A stretch of DNA of 64,000 nucleotides, from NCBI GenBank assembly GCA_903906425.1, contig CAIVKH010000124.1, positions 35,981 to 99,980 of the forward strand, in the 5' to 3' direction. The position numbers and the translations under genes are program-made. This document shows, piece by piece, positions 1 through 8,262 of the stretch (positions within the stretch are counted from its first letter, which is position 1; every line of letters starts with the position of its first letter). Source of the DNA: an uncultured bacterium (lineage in GTDB: Bacteria; Verrucomicrobiota; Kiritimatiellia; CAIVKH01). The notes below the pieces were generated by a model. That model saw only the letters and a program-made list of their open reading frames with translations, was not told where the DNA came from and made no database searches.

Positions 1-250
1 CGAGCGGCTGCGGCTCGACCGAAACGGTGAGCGGCACCGGAGAGGATTTCCAATCGCGCGCCCAGTCGGCCAGCATCACGGCCTTGTGGCCGGCGGCGAG
101 GTGAACCGACGTGATTCCTTGCGCGCAGAGCCACGCGATCTGCCGCTCGATGAATGGTTGCCCCAAGATTGGGACGAGCGCTTTCGGGCGGTCGGGATAA
201 AGTGTTTTTAATCGGGTGCCGAGGCCGCCGACCAGGATTATCGCTTGCAT
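1..250 (-). CDS. hddC: Sugar-1-phosphate nucleotidyltransferase, N-terminal part (gene runs off the left edge). HddC-like heptose-1-P guanylyltransferase.
   Basis: Hand translation of the minus strand from ATG at 250-248 gives MQAIILVGGLGTRLKTLYPDRPKALVPILGQPFIERQI, which carries the GxGTRL nucleotidyltransferase signature. The start overlaps the TGA of the upstream GT gene (TGATG). An HddA-type kinase lies in the same operon. Confidence 0.7.
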   Translation of the reverse strand, partial: MQAIILVGGLGTRLKTLYPDRPKALVPILGQPFIERQIAWLCAQGITSVHLAAGHKAVMLADWARDWKSSPVPLTVSVEPQPL

Positions 251-1458
251 CAGGGAAGTTCCTCCGTTGCCAGATTGTAAAGCATGTCCGCCGTCTGTTC
301 GGTCACGGTCTTCATATCGAAACATGCTTTCGACTTTTCCAGCGCGGCAGCACCGAGCCGCTTTCGCAACGCGGGATCGCCCGCCAGCCGCGTCAGTTTT
401 TGTTCGAAGATTTCCATCTGGTCGGGCGGGAAGAAAAGGCCGTTTTCATCCTCGGTCACGACTTCGGAAACGCCGCCGAGTCTTGCGGCGAGAATCGGCA
501 GGCCGCAAGCCATGCTGTGGACAAGCGCGCCGGTCATGTGAAAATCGTCCGACTGCTGGCCGATCCGCATGACCAGCCCGATGTCGCCCGCGTTGATCGC
601 CTCGTTGACGTCGCTGAGTTTCGGCAGCCAGCCGGTGAACTGGACGATGTCTTCGATGCCAAGTTCTTTGGCGAGTGATTTCAGATTTCCCAGTTCGGGG
701 CCGTCGCCGACGAGCAGGTAACGAAGTTGCGGGATTTGCGATCTGAGTTTCGCGAGCGAACGCAGGATTCGGTCGTTGCCTTTGTTCGGGTGCAAAATTC
801 CGTGGTGCATCAGCACGACCTGATCATGCGAATAGCCGAATCGTTTTCGCGCGGCGGCGCGATCAACCGGGCGGTAGATCGTCGTGTCGCACGGATCGTA
901 AATGGGAACGACGCGCGACGGATCAACTCCCTGCTTCGCCAGAAAATCCCGCGTCGCCTTCGCGCGGGTCATGATGACCGGCAGCGTTCGCCACGCTTTC
1001 AAATCGAAATCGCGAAGCTTCTGGCCGAGGTTCGCCTTCCAGCCCGGTTCGTTCAGATAAATCTCGACGAACAAATCCGCGACGGTGATCGCGACCCGCG
1101 GGCCGAAAAATTTCTGCGCGATCCAAGGTGTGAGCGGAATAGTTTCGTCAATGTACACGGCATCAATGCCGAGTTTGCGGCAATCGCGCGCGACGAACGG
1201 CAGCGACAAAATCCAGATCGCGGTCTTGACGAACTTGTCGCGCGTGGACGTGCGATCCACAAAGAACGGCAGCTGGTGGACGGTGGCGTTGGATGTGATT
1301 TTTTGCGGCGTGGGGTGCGGGCCGCCCATGCCAAAATAATGAACATCGGCGCGCTTGTTCAGTTCCTCGATGATTCTCGGAATCGCGTGGCAAAGCTCGG
1401 TGTGCTCGGCGGGGCCGTAGCGGAACCAGAACGCAATCTTTGGGCGCTTCGGTGTCAT
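250..1458 (-). CDS. Glycosyltransferase, GT1/GT4 family (GT-B fold).
   Basis: 402-aa ORF. The C-terminal half reads LLVGDGPELGNLKSLAKELGIEDIVQFTGWLP...ADIGLVMR...GLPILAARLGGVSEVV, typical of the Glycos_transf_1 domain. Confidence 0.8.
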   Translation of the reverse strand: MTPKRPKIAFWFRYGPAEHTELCHAIPRIIEELNKRADVHYFGMGGPHPTPQKITSNATVHQLPFFVDRTSTRDKFVKTAIWILSLPFVARDCRKLGIDAVYIDETIPLTPWIAQKFFGPRVAITVADLFVEIYLNEPGWKANLGQKLRDFDLKAWRTLPVIMTRAKATRDFLAKQGVDPSRVVPIYDPCDTTIYRPVDRAAARKRFGYSHDQVVLMHHGILHPNKGNDRILRSLAKLRSQIPQLRYLLVGDGPELGNLKSLAKELGIEDIVQFTGWLPKLSDVNEAINAGDIGLVMRIGQQSDDFHMTGALVHSMACGLPILAARLGGVSEVVTEDENGLFFPPDQMEIFEQKLTRLAGDPALRKRLGAAALEKSKACFDMKTVTEQTADMLYNLATEELP

Positions 1459-2444
1459 CCTTCGGGCGTCTGGAAGATGATCCGGCTGCCCTCGGGACAG
1501 AATCCGAACGGAATTTCTTTGAGCGCTTTCAGCTTCTCGCGTATCGCCGCGTGGCGCTCGGGTTCGGCGTACAGCAAGAGGAAGCCGCGGCCGCCGGCGC
1601 CGAGGAGTTTTCCGCCGGCCGCGCCGGCCGCGCGCGCGGCGGAGTAGGCTTCATCAATCTGCGTGTTGGAGATTCCCGACGAGAGCGATCGCTTGCGCAT
1701 CCACGATTCGTGAAGCAGCGCGCCGAATTCGCGGAGGTCGTCGTTGCCGAGCAAAATGTTTTCCGCGCGGTCAACCATCTGGAGCATTTCGAGCAGCGCG
1801 GGCGTGTTGTCGCCGGTTTTCTTTTTCTGTTCCTGCAAAATCATCTCGGCGGAAAGTTCGGTGCCGGTGAAAAACATCAGCAGGTTCGCGTTGAGTTCGA
1901 GCTTCCGCTGCGGCCGGATCGCGATCTTCTTTGCCGTCACGCCTTCGCCGGGGCCGAACTGGAAGCGATGGAAGCCTCCGAACGCCGCGGCATATTGGTC
2001 CTGAAGTCCGCCGGCATCATTCACGCGGACGCGTTCGACGTGGATCGCCTCCTGCGCGAGCGTGTCGGCATCGACCGTTTCGCCGCGCAGCGTGTGCAGC
2101 GCGTGAAGCAGGGCGACGCAGAATGACGACGACGATCCGATGCCGGTGCGGCCCGGCAGGTCGGACACGTGCGTGATTTCGAGGCCCTCGTTCACGCCGA
2201 GGTGCAGCAGGCATTCGCGGATGAGCGGGTGCTTGAATTCGCTCGCGTCGTTCACCAGTTCGGTCTGCGCGTAGCTCGCGCGCATCTTGTATTTGAAAAC
2301 GAGGCCGAGGCGGTGGACAGAGACGTAGCAAAATTTGTCAATGGCGGTGGCGAGCGTTGCGCCACCGTGGCCGCGGTAGAATTCCGCGAAGTCGGTCCCG
2401 CCGCCGAAAAAACTGACGCGAAAAGGCGTGCGGGCGATGATCAT
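1455..2444 (-). CDS. hddA: GHMP-family sugar kinase, D-glycero-D-manno-heptose-7-phosphate kinase-like.
   Basis: MIIARTPFRVSFFGGGTD start, the GHMP motif PGRTGIGSSSSF, and GGLQDQY. The ORF-track start at 2507 runs through a REP pair (SNDWK artefact), so I placed the start at ATG 2444. Confidence 0.8.
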   Translation of the reverse strand: MIIARTPFRVSFFGGGTDFAEFYRGHGGATLATAIDKFCYVSVHRLGLVFKYKMRASYAQTELVNDASEFKHPLIRECLLHLGVNEGLEITHVSDLPGRTGIGSSSSFCVALLHALHTLRGETVDADTLAQEAIHVERVRVNDAGGLQDQYAAAFGGFHRFQFGPGEGVTAKKIAIRPQRKLELNANLLMFFTGTELSAEMILQEQKKKTGDNTPALLEMLQMVDRAENILLGNDDLREFGALLHESWMRKRSLSSGISNTQIDEAYSAARAAGAAGGKLLGAGGRGFLLLYAEPERHAAIREKLKALKEIPFGFCPEGSRIIFQTPEG

Positions 2445-2469
2445 GATGCACCTCTGGACGCTTCGTGAT

Positions 2470-2516
2470 TTCCAATCATTGGAAGTTTGCGCGGCCGGAT
2501 TTTCCAATCATTGGAA
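2470..2516. repeat. REP cluster 1: two copies of the TTCCAATCATTGGAA palindrome.
   Basis: Exact copies at 2470-2484 and 2502-2516, 32-bp pitch. Lies between two same-strand genes. Confidence 0.95.
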
Positions 2517-2526
2517 GTTTTCGCTT

Positions 2527-3339
2527 TCACGCGAGCGCCTCCTGGCCGGCGAGCACGCGGGCGATGAAATTTGCGACGGTGTCGCGCGTGCGCGGGACGG
2601 CGATCAACGCTTTGAGTTTTTCGATGTTCGCCTCGTAGCGTTCGGGTGCGCCGGCGGGCGCATCGGGCAATTTGCTCCCGGGAATCAGCGCGGCGATTTC
2701 GCGAATGGTGATCAGGCCGTCGCCGCAGCAGTTGACGATTTCGTTGCGGCAGTTTTTCGCGAGCAGTTCGAAGGCGAGCGCGGCAAGGAAGCGGCTGTCG
2801 AGATATTGATAGGCGGAGTCGGGATGAACGCGCAGCGGCGTGCCTTTGAGCAAATCATAGATCGAATTTTTCCGCAGGCCGGGGCCGACGAAGCCGCCCA
2901 TGCGCAGGACGAGCCATTGCGGTGCGAAGTGCCGGACGAGTTGCTCGGCGAGAAGTTTGTGGAAGCCGTACGGCGAAAGCTTCGCGGTTTCGATGACGCA
3001 ATCCTCGCGGTTGTTCGCGGGATTCTTCACGTCGCTGTACACGTCAATCGTGGAAAGGTGGACGTGCATGACCGCCTTGAAGTCGTGGAGCGATGCGTGG
3101 ACGGAGCGGACGGACAGGTCGAAATCGAGCGGCGGATTTTCGCGCGCGAGAAACTTTTTCGAGTTGCCGTTGGCGTTGACGAGCAGGTCGCAGGACATGC
3201 CGCGATGCTGGTCGTAATTCTGGCGCGTGATGCCCGTGGTTTCGAAGCCGCGTCGCTGCGCCTCGGCGACGACGGCCGAGCCGATGAAACCGCCCGCACC
3301 AATCACGATACAAACGGGCCGCTGCGGGTTCGCGGCCAT
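2527..3339 (-). CDS. NAD(P)-dependent epimerase/dehydratase (SDR family).
   Basis: 270-aa ORF with an N-terminal Rossmann motif, CIVIGAGGFIGSAVV. Sits in the sugar-nucleotide operon. Confidence 0.7.
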   Translation of the reverse strand: MAANPQRPVCIVIGAGGFIGSAVVAEAQRRGFETTGITRQNYDQHRGMSCDLLVNANGNSKKFLARENPPLDFDLSVRSVHASLHDFKAVMHVHLSTIDVYSDVKNPANNREDCVIETAKLSPYGFHKLLAEQLVRHFAPQWLVLRMGGFVGPGLRKNSIYDLLKGTPLRVHPDSAYQYLDSRFLAALAFELLAKNCRNEIVNCCGDGLITIREIAALIPGSKLPDAPAGAPERYEANIEKLKALIAVPRTRDTVANFIARVLAGQEALA

Positions 3340-4292
3340 CAGAGGCGCGCCTCACCGCGCGCGCGCGCTGCAACGAACCATTCGGCGGTGCGCTTGAGCC
3401 CGGCCTCGAGCGTCGTGTCGCATGAGAGGCCGAGCGAGTGAAGCCGGCGCACGTCGAAAATCTTGTCGATCTGCCCGTCGGGCTTCGTGGTGTCCCAGAC
3501 TATTTCGCCGGGGAACCCGGTGACTTTCTTCACGGTGTCCGCAAGCTCGCGGATCGAAATGCGGCGGCCGGCGGAGATGTTCACCGGATCGCTGGAATCG
3601 TAGTTGGCGAGGAACCACGGGATCGTCGCGGCGACGTCGCCTGCGTATACGAAATCGCGCGTGGGACGGCCGGTGCCGAAGGCGGTCATTTCTTTGCGAC
3701 CGGCTTCCTTCGCCTCGATATATTTGCGGATCATCGCGGGGATGACGTGCGCCTGCTCAAGATTGAAGTTGTCCCATTCGCCGTAGAGGTTGCCGGGGAT
3801 CAGCGTGACGGCGTTGAAACCGTATTGCTTGCGATACGCCCACGATTGGATGAGCAGCATCTTCTTCGCGATCGAGTAGCCGAGGCTGTCGACCTGCGGA
3901 AGTCCATTCCACATCTGGTCCTCGTCGATCGGCGAGGTGGCCGTTCCGGGGTAGGAACAGCCGCCCATCAGCGCGAGGAATTTCTTCGCGCCGCCGCGCC
4001 ACGCCTCGTGCATGACGTGGGTGCAAAAAACGATGTTGTCGTAGTAGTACTGCGCCGGCCGGTTGCGATTGTCCACGATTCCGCCGGATTTCGCCGCGAG
4101 ATGCACGACGCAGTCGGGCTGGACATCTCGGATCATCTTTTCCGGCGTGCCGGGTTTGAGCAGGTCGTAGTCCTTGCTGCTCACGCAGACGAATTCGGCT
4201 TCGAACGTTTCGCGGAGCCTCGGCAAAATGTGGTGGCCGAGGAAACCGGTTGCGCCGGTTACCAGAATCCGTTTGAACCGCTTGTCTTTCAT
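3339..4292 (-). CDS. GDP-L-fucose synthase-like extended SDR (GDP-4-keto-6-deoxy sugar epimerase/reductase).
   Basis: ILVTGATGFLGHHI Rossmann motif, YSIAKK (YxxxK) catalytic motif, and the GNLYGEWDNF...HVIPAMIRK block typical of Fcl/WcaG-type enzymes. Confidence 0.7.
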   Translation of the reverse strand: MKDKRFKRILVTGATGFLGHHILPRLRETFEAEFVCVSSKDYDLLKPGTPEKMIRDVQPDCVVHLAAKSGGIVDNRNRPAQYYYDNIVFCTHVMHEAWRGGAKKFLALMGGCSYPGTATSPIDEDQMWNGLPQVDSLGYSIAKKMLLIQSWAYRKQYGFNAVTLIPGNLYGEWDNFNLEQAHVIPAMIRKYIEAKEAGRKEMTAFGTGRPTRDFVYAGDVAATIPWFLANYDSSDPVNISAGRRISIRELADTVKKVTGFPGEIVWDTTKPDGQIDKIFDVRRLHSLGLSCDTTLEAGLKRTAEWFVAARARGEARL

Positions 4293-4546
4293 GACGAGAC
4301 CGAATCACGGTAGCCCACATCCGATGGTGAGCAAGGACGGGTGATGATTAGCGGCGACGTGGCTGTTTTTGCGAATATTTTCATTTGCGATGCGTGCGCG
4401 CTTGTAGCATCCCGTCATTTTCCATGTCAATCGGGCGGCTGTGACAGACGCACGCGAGGGCTGCGAATGACGCCCGGAGGCGTTTAGTCTTGCGCTGGTT
4501 TTGCAGGGACTATTAACTGCGCCGCCTATCGACAGGATGAAACTGC

Positions 4547-6157
4547 ATGGTGAAGATCGCGAAGAAGAACAACAGGAATGAGCCTGCCGCGCTCGCGGAC
4601 GGGGCACCCGACAGCGAACGCCGGAAAGGCGTCGTCCGTTCTGTGCTGGCCGAATATCGCAGACTGTCGGGAGGGGCGAAGCTTCTTGTGTGGATTCTGC
4701 TGGCATCGCATTTGCCGCTGATCGCCCTGGTGCTGAATTCGCTGCCGCTGAGTTTCGATGTCTCGACGCCGCCGTATCAGCACATGGGCATGATCGCGCG
4801 GATCGTGGACGGGCTTCCGCTCTACACGGGGCCGTCGTCGGAACATTCGGTCGTGACCTACACTCCTCTTTACTGGGTGATCGTCGCAGGGCTATCGAAG
4901 CTCTTCGGCCTCACCTTCACCCTCGCGCGCCTTGTCAGCCTGAGCGCGTCGATCGCGATGTGGTTCACGGTGGCGGCGTTCGTGTGGACGAACACGGCGA
5001 AGAATCTGGTGCTCTCCATCGCGGCGCCGGCGGTCCTGTTCGCGTCGTCGGTGCTGATCGGGAACTGGGCGCTGGACATTCACGTCAACGCGCTGCACTA
5101 CGCGCTGGCGGCCGCCGGCTTCTTCTGCCTGCGCGCCCCGCTGACGAACCGCCGCGTGATTGCGGGCGCGGTCGTGCTGGCGCTGTGCACGCTGACGAAG
5201 CAGACGGGGCTGGCGTATGTGGCAGCCGCGGGCTTCATGGTGCTGCTGTCCGCGCCGAAACGCGCGCCGCTGTTTGCGATCATCGCGGGCGGAATCATCG
5301 CGGGCGCGTTTGTCATCCTACAGCAGACCTCGCACGGCGAGTTCTACAACCAGATCGGCCCGGCCAACGCGAAGCTGCCGTGGATGGGCAAGCGCATCAT
5401 CGACGAAATCCTCCTGCAATCGTTCTGCGGCTATGCGGGCATTCTCTTCGCCATGACGATCGTCTGCCTCGCGCTGGACTGGAAGCCGAACATCTTCCTG
5501 CTGGCGAAGCAGCCGCACTACATGCTGCTCGCCTCGGGCGTGCTGGTCGCGATCATCGCGCATCCGAAATATGGCAGCGGCAACACCCACGACGTCATCG
5601 CGCTGGCCGGCATCTGCATCTGCGGCTGCATCGGGATTCACCGTTTCGTCGCGCTGGCCGGCGATGGCAGCAGGCGATTCCTCGCGGTCCTGCCGCTGGC
5701 GCAGCTCGCGCTTGTGCTGCTGGCCGCGCAGGGCAAGTGGGCGACCTACACGGCCAGCGATGCGGACAAGGCGAAGTACGCGCACATCGCGCAATATTTT
5801 CAATCAGGCCGCGCGGTGCTCTTCGGCGTGCCCTACATCCAGCACGCGTTCAACCAGCCGTCGCTGGGCATCCCCGACGACGAGTTTTCGAAGTGGCGCA
5901 ATGGGCGGCTCGACTACAGCGCGCTGCCGGACTTCTACGTGAAGCCCTACCGCGACGAGGTGTTCGACTACGTCATCATCGCCGACTACTTCGACCCCTC
6001 GCATCCGGCCTGCAAGGCGATCATGGAGCACTACCCGACCGTCGTCGAAAAGATCCCCGGCAATCCCCCCTTCGAGACCTACCTGCGCCACGAGATGTAC
6101 GTCTTGAAACCCAAGCACGCATCGGGAAACCCGCCCTACGCCCACCCCGCCCGCTGA
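4547..6157 (+). CDS. Polytopic membrane protein, GT-C / GT39 (ArnT/PMT-like) glycosyltransferase candidate.
   Basis: 536 aa with more than 10 hydrophobic segments and a soluble C-terminal domain. A polyprenyl-phosphate GT2 gene lies nearby. The family assignment is from overall appearance only. Confidence 0.5.
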   Translation: MVKIAKKNNRNEPAALADGAPDSERRKGVVRSVLAEYRRLSGGAKLLVWILLASHLPLIALVLNSLPLSFDVSTPPYQHMGMIARIVDGLPLYTGPSSEHSVVTYTPLYWVIVAGLSKLFGLTFTLARLVSLSASIAMWFTVAAFVWTNTAKNLVLSIAAPAVLFASSVLIGNWALDIHVNALHYALAAAGFFCLRAPLTNRRVIAGAVVLALCTLTKQTGLAYVAAAGFMVLLSAPKRAPLFAIIAGGIIAGAFVILQQTSHGEFYNQIGPANAKLPWMGKRIIDEILLQSFCGYAGILFAMTIVCLALDWKPNIFLLAKQPHYMLLASGVLVAIIAHPKYGSGNTHDVIALAGICICGCIGIHRFVALAGDGSRRFLAVLPLAQLALVLLAAQGKWATYTASDADKAKYAHIAQYFQSGRAVLFGVPYIQHAFNQPSLGIPDDEFSKWRNGRLDYSALPDFYVKPYRDEVFDYVIIADYFDPSHPACKAIMEHYPTVVEKIPGNPPFETYLRHEMYVLKPKHASGNPPYAHPAR

Positions 6158-6173
6158 GCCCGCCCACCGCGGC

Positions 6174-6220
6174 TTCCAATGATTGGGAAAAGCGGCAGGG
6201 CAAACTTCCAATCATTGGAA
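6174..6220. repeat. REP cluster 2: two copies, the first with a 1-nt insertion.
   Basis: ttccaatgattgggaa at 6174-6189 and ttccaatcattggaa at 6206-6220. Confidence 0.9.
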
Positions 6221-6321
6221 CTTCTTTCAAGAACCCTGCGACGCAGGGCGGGGGTTCGGGAGGCCCGAAGGGCTGGCAAGCAGATAGCCCGGGCCAACGG
6301 CCTGGGGGGCCTGAAAACCAC

Positions 6322-6460
6322 GCCGGAGGCTTCTGTTTTTCAAGAAGCGGCCTTCGGTTGCGCGGAAGCGGATGCCGGGTCCGCGCAGACGGCCTCACGC
6401 TCCATGCCGGAGGCGTCCGTTTTTCAAAAAGCGGCCTTCGTTTCTATGGAAGCGGATGCC
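6322..6460. repeat. Two copies of a 55-nt direct repeat, 84-bp pitch.
   Basis: gccggaggcttctgtttttcaagaagcggccttcggttgcgcggaagcggatgcc (6322-6376) against gccggaggcgtccgtttttcaaaaagcggccttcgtttctatggaagcggatgcc (6406-6460). Confidence 0.85.
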
Positions 6461-6461
6461 T

Positions 6462-6650
6462 TGTGCGCATAACATGAATCTGTGTGCGCATAATAATCAT
6501 CGTTATCATCATAATAACGATCTGTGTGGCCGTAATATGAACTTGTGTATGCTGATGAAGACATGGTATGAGAATAATAACAATCTGTGTAAGCATAAGT
6601 AGAATCCGTATAAGCATAATCAGAATCCAATTGTGCGCGCACGGCGTCCT
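6462..6650. repeat. AT-rich array of nine degenerate 21-bp units (TGTGCGCATAA-type core).
   Basis: Unit starts at 6462, 6483, 6504, 6525, 6546, 6567, 6588, 6609 and 6630, all exactly 21 bp apart. The first two cores are identical. The minus-strand frame is open across the array and reads as Tyr-rich heptads (YAYTDST/YAYTDCY/.../YAHTDSC). Confidence 0.85.
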
Positions 6651-6728
6651 CTTTTGCGGCGCTAAAGGCCAGTTTATCGAAGGAAAAGCCGTATTTTTGA
6701 AATCTCAGGTGAAAGGACAAGCAAACCC

Positions 6729-7046
6729 ATGAACGATGCGAAAAGCGTGAAGCCTCCGGTGCTGGACGATAACGCAGTTTTCTCCGCACTGGCGAATCCC
6801 ACGCGGCGGATGATGCTGGCGATGATCTGCGATGGCGAACTTCCGACCACATCAGATTTCGCCGCGGCGCTGAAGATCACGCCGGGACAGGCCAGCAAGA
6901 ACGGCACCGCGCTGGTGGCGGCGGGAATTTGCCGCCGGCGCGGCACCATCCTGCAAATCGTCCCCGGCCTCCAGCCCGTCCCCGGCAAACGCGAACTGGA
7001 ACTCGGCCACTGCCTGCTGCGGCTGGATTACAAGCCGCCGGCGTGA
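6729..7046 (+). CDS. Winged-helix transcriptional regulator, ArsR-like.
   Basis: 105 aa. The segment FSALANPTRRMMLAMICDGELPTTSDFAAALKITPGQASKNGTALVAAG resembles the ArsR/SmtB HTH (xLADPTRxxIL...). Confidence 0.55.
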   Translation: MNDAKSVKPPVLDDNAVFSALANPTRRMMLAMICDGELPTTSDFAAALKITPGQASKNGTALVAAGICRRRGTILQIVPGLQPVPGKRELELGHCLLRLDYKPPA

Positions 7047-7056
7047 GGCGCACGGC

Positions 7057-7998
7057 TCAACTGAAGCCGTAGGTGTCTTTGACGATGAAGTTGGGGCGGC
7101 CCTTGATGTCGCGGTGGATCTTGCCGACGTAGATGCCGAGGATGCCGATGGTGAATAGAATCGTGCCGCCCAGGAAGATCATCGCGAGCGCCAGCCAGGA
7201 GACGCGCGAGCCGAAACCGAGGACGCTGGCGATGACGGCGAAGAACAGATAGATGAACGACAGGATCGAAACGATCATGCCGGCGAAGAGCGCGAAGTAC
7301 AGCGGCAGCGAGGAGAAGAGTGTGAGGCCGCGGATGAATTCCTTGTAGGGATTCGCGCTGCGCCACAGCGAAAACTTCGTCTCGCCGGCGAAGCGCGCCT
7401 CGCGTTCGTAGAACACCTGCACCTGCTTGAAGCCGACCCACGAGACCAGCCCGCGCATGAAAGGATCGAATTCGCCGAGCTTCAGAAGCTCAGACATGGC
7501 GCGGCGCGAGATGAGTTTGAAATCGCCGGTGTTTTCCAGAAGCGTGATGTCGGACATGGAGTTGATGGCGCGGTAGGCGGCCTTCGTGAGCGCCATCTTG
7601 AAGGCGTTCTCGCCGTGGCGGGCGGTGCGGGTGGTGTGAACGACATCGGCGCCCTTCTGCCATTCCGCGACGAGTTGCGGAATCAGTTCGGGCGGGTCCT
7701 GCAAGTCGCAATCCATGTACACGACCGCGTCGCCGGTGGCGTGATGGAATCCGGCGAGCACGCCGGGGGTGACGCCGAAGCGGCGGGACAGATTGACGAT
7801 CTTGACCTCGGGTGCGGTGGTTTCGTGCAGCTTGACGAGGATGTCGAGCGAGGCGTCGGTGGAGTTGTCGTTGACGAAGATGAATTCGCGGCGCAGCGGC
7901 AGCGGCGCGAGCGCGTCCTGCAGGCGCTTCACCAGTTCAGGAATGTTGTCGGCTTCGTTGCGGAACGAGAAGACGACGGACAGCAGCGGATTTTCCAT
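7057..7998 (-). CDS. Polyprenyl-phosphate glycosyltransferase, GT2 (GtrB/ArnC-like).
   Basis: MENPLLSVVFSFRNEADNIPELV...FVNDNSTD...YMDCDLQDPPE (DxD) plus two C-terminal TM helices. The ORF-track N-terminus (7999-8181) is REP read-through, so I placed the start at ATG 7998. Confidence 0.8.
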   Translation of the reverse strand: MENPLLSVVFSFRNEADNIPELVKRLQDALAPLPLRREFIFVNDNSTDASLDILVKLHETTAPEVKIVNLSRRFGVTPGVLAGFHHATGDAVVYMDCDLQDPPELIPQLVAEWQKGADVVHTTRTARHGENAFKMALTKAAYRAINSMSDITLLENTGDFKLISRRAMSELLKLGEFDPFMRGLVSWVGFKQVQVFYEREARFAGETKFSLWRSANPYKEFIRGLTLFSSLPLYFALFAGMIVSILSFIYLFFAVIASVLGFGSRVSWLALAMIFLGGTILFTIGILGIYVGKIHRDIKGRPNFIVKDTYGFS

Positions 7999-8088
7999 GA
8001 CAAACGGCCTCTCAAAATCGGCGGCAACTATGTTGATCCGCGAATCGATTGCAAGTCCCGATGCCAGCGCCGGCGCCGGGCCGATGGT

Positions 8089-8135
8089 TTCCAATGATTG
8101 GAAACTGCGGCAGCGCAGACTTCCAATGATTGGAA
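8089..8135. repeat. REP cluster 3: two copies of TTCCAATGATTGGAA.
   Basis: 8089-8103 and 8121-8135, in a divergent intergenic region. Confidence 0.95.
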
Positions 8136-8262
8136 ATTGCGATGTTTTGCGGCCGCTCGATCGCGCGGGGCGCAGGCGCATAATCGGGCCGGAAACCGGG
8201 GCGTTGGGGGCGGCTTGAGGATTGACAGGGGCGAAGGCGGACGTGTATGTACCGCGCCCTTT

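Noticed and set aside
6179-6602. Plus-strand ORFs 6179..6472 (97 aa) and 6372..6602 (76 aa) as real genes.
   Set aside because: The first starts inside a REP copy and merely translates the duplicated 55-nt element. The second is Arg-rich and then reads the AT-rich array in a frame closed by TAG before the array ends.
8098-8262. Long N-terminal extensions in the ORF track, for example 8098-8262, 2445-2507, 7999-8181, 46520-46969, 49108-49341, 58631-58939 and 46801-47049.
   Set aside because: The extensions run through REP palindromes (SNDWK, FQSLE, PIIGN and similar strings) and noncoding-looking sequence. Internal starts give canonical N-termini or signal peptides, often with a Shine-Dalgarno-like motif.
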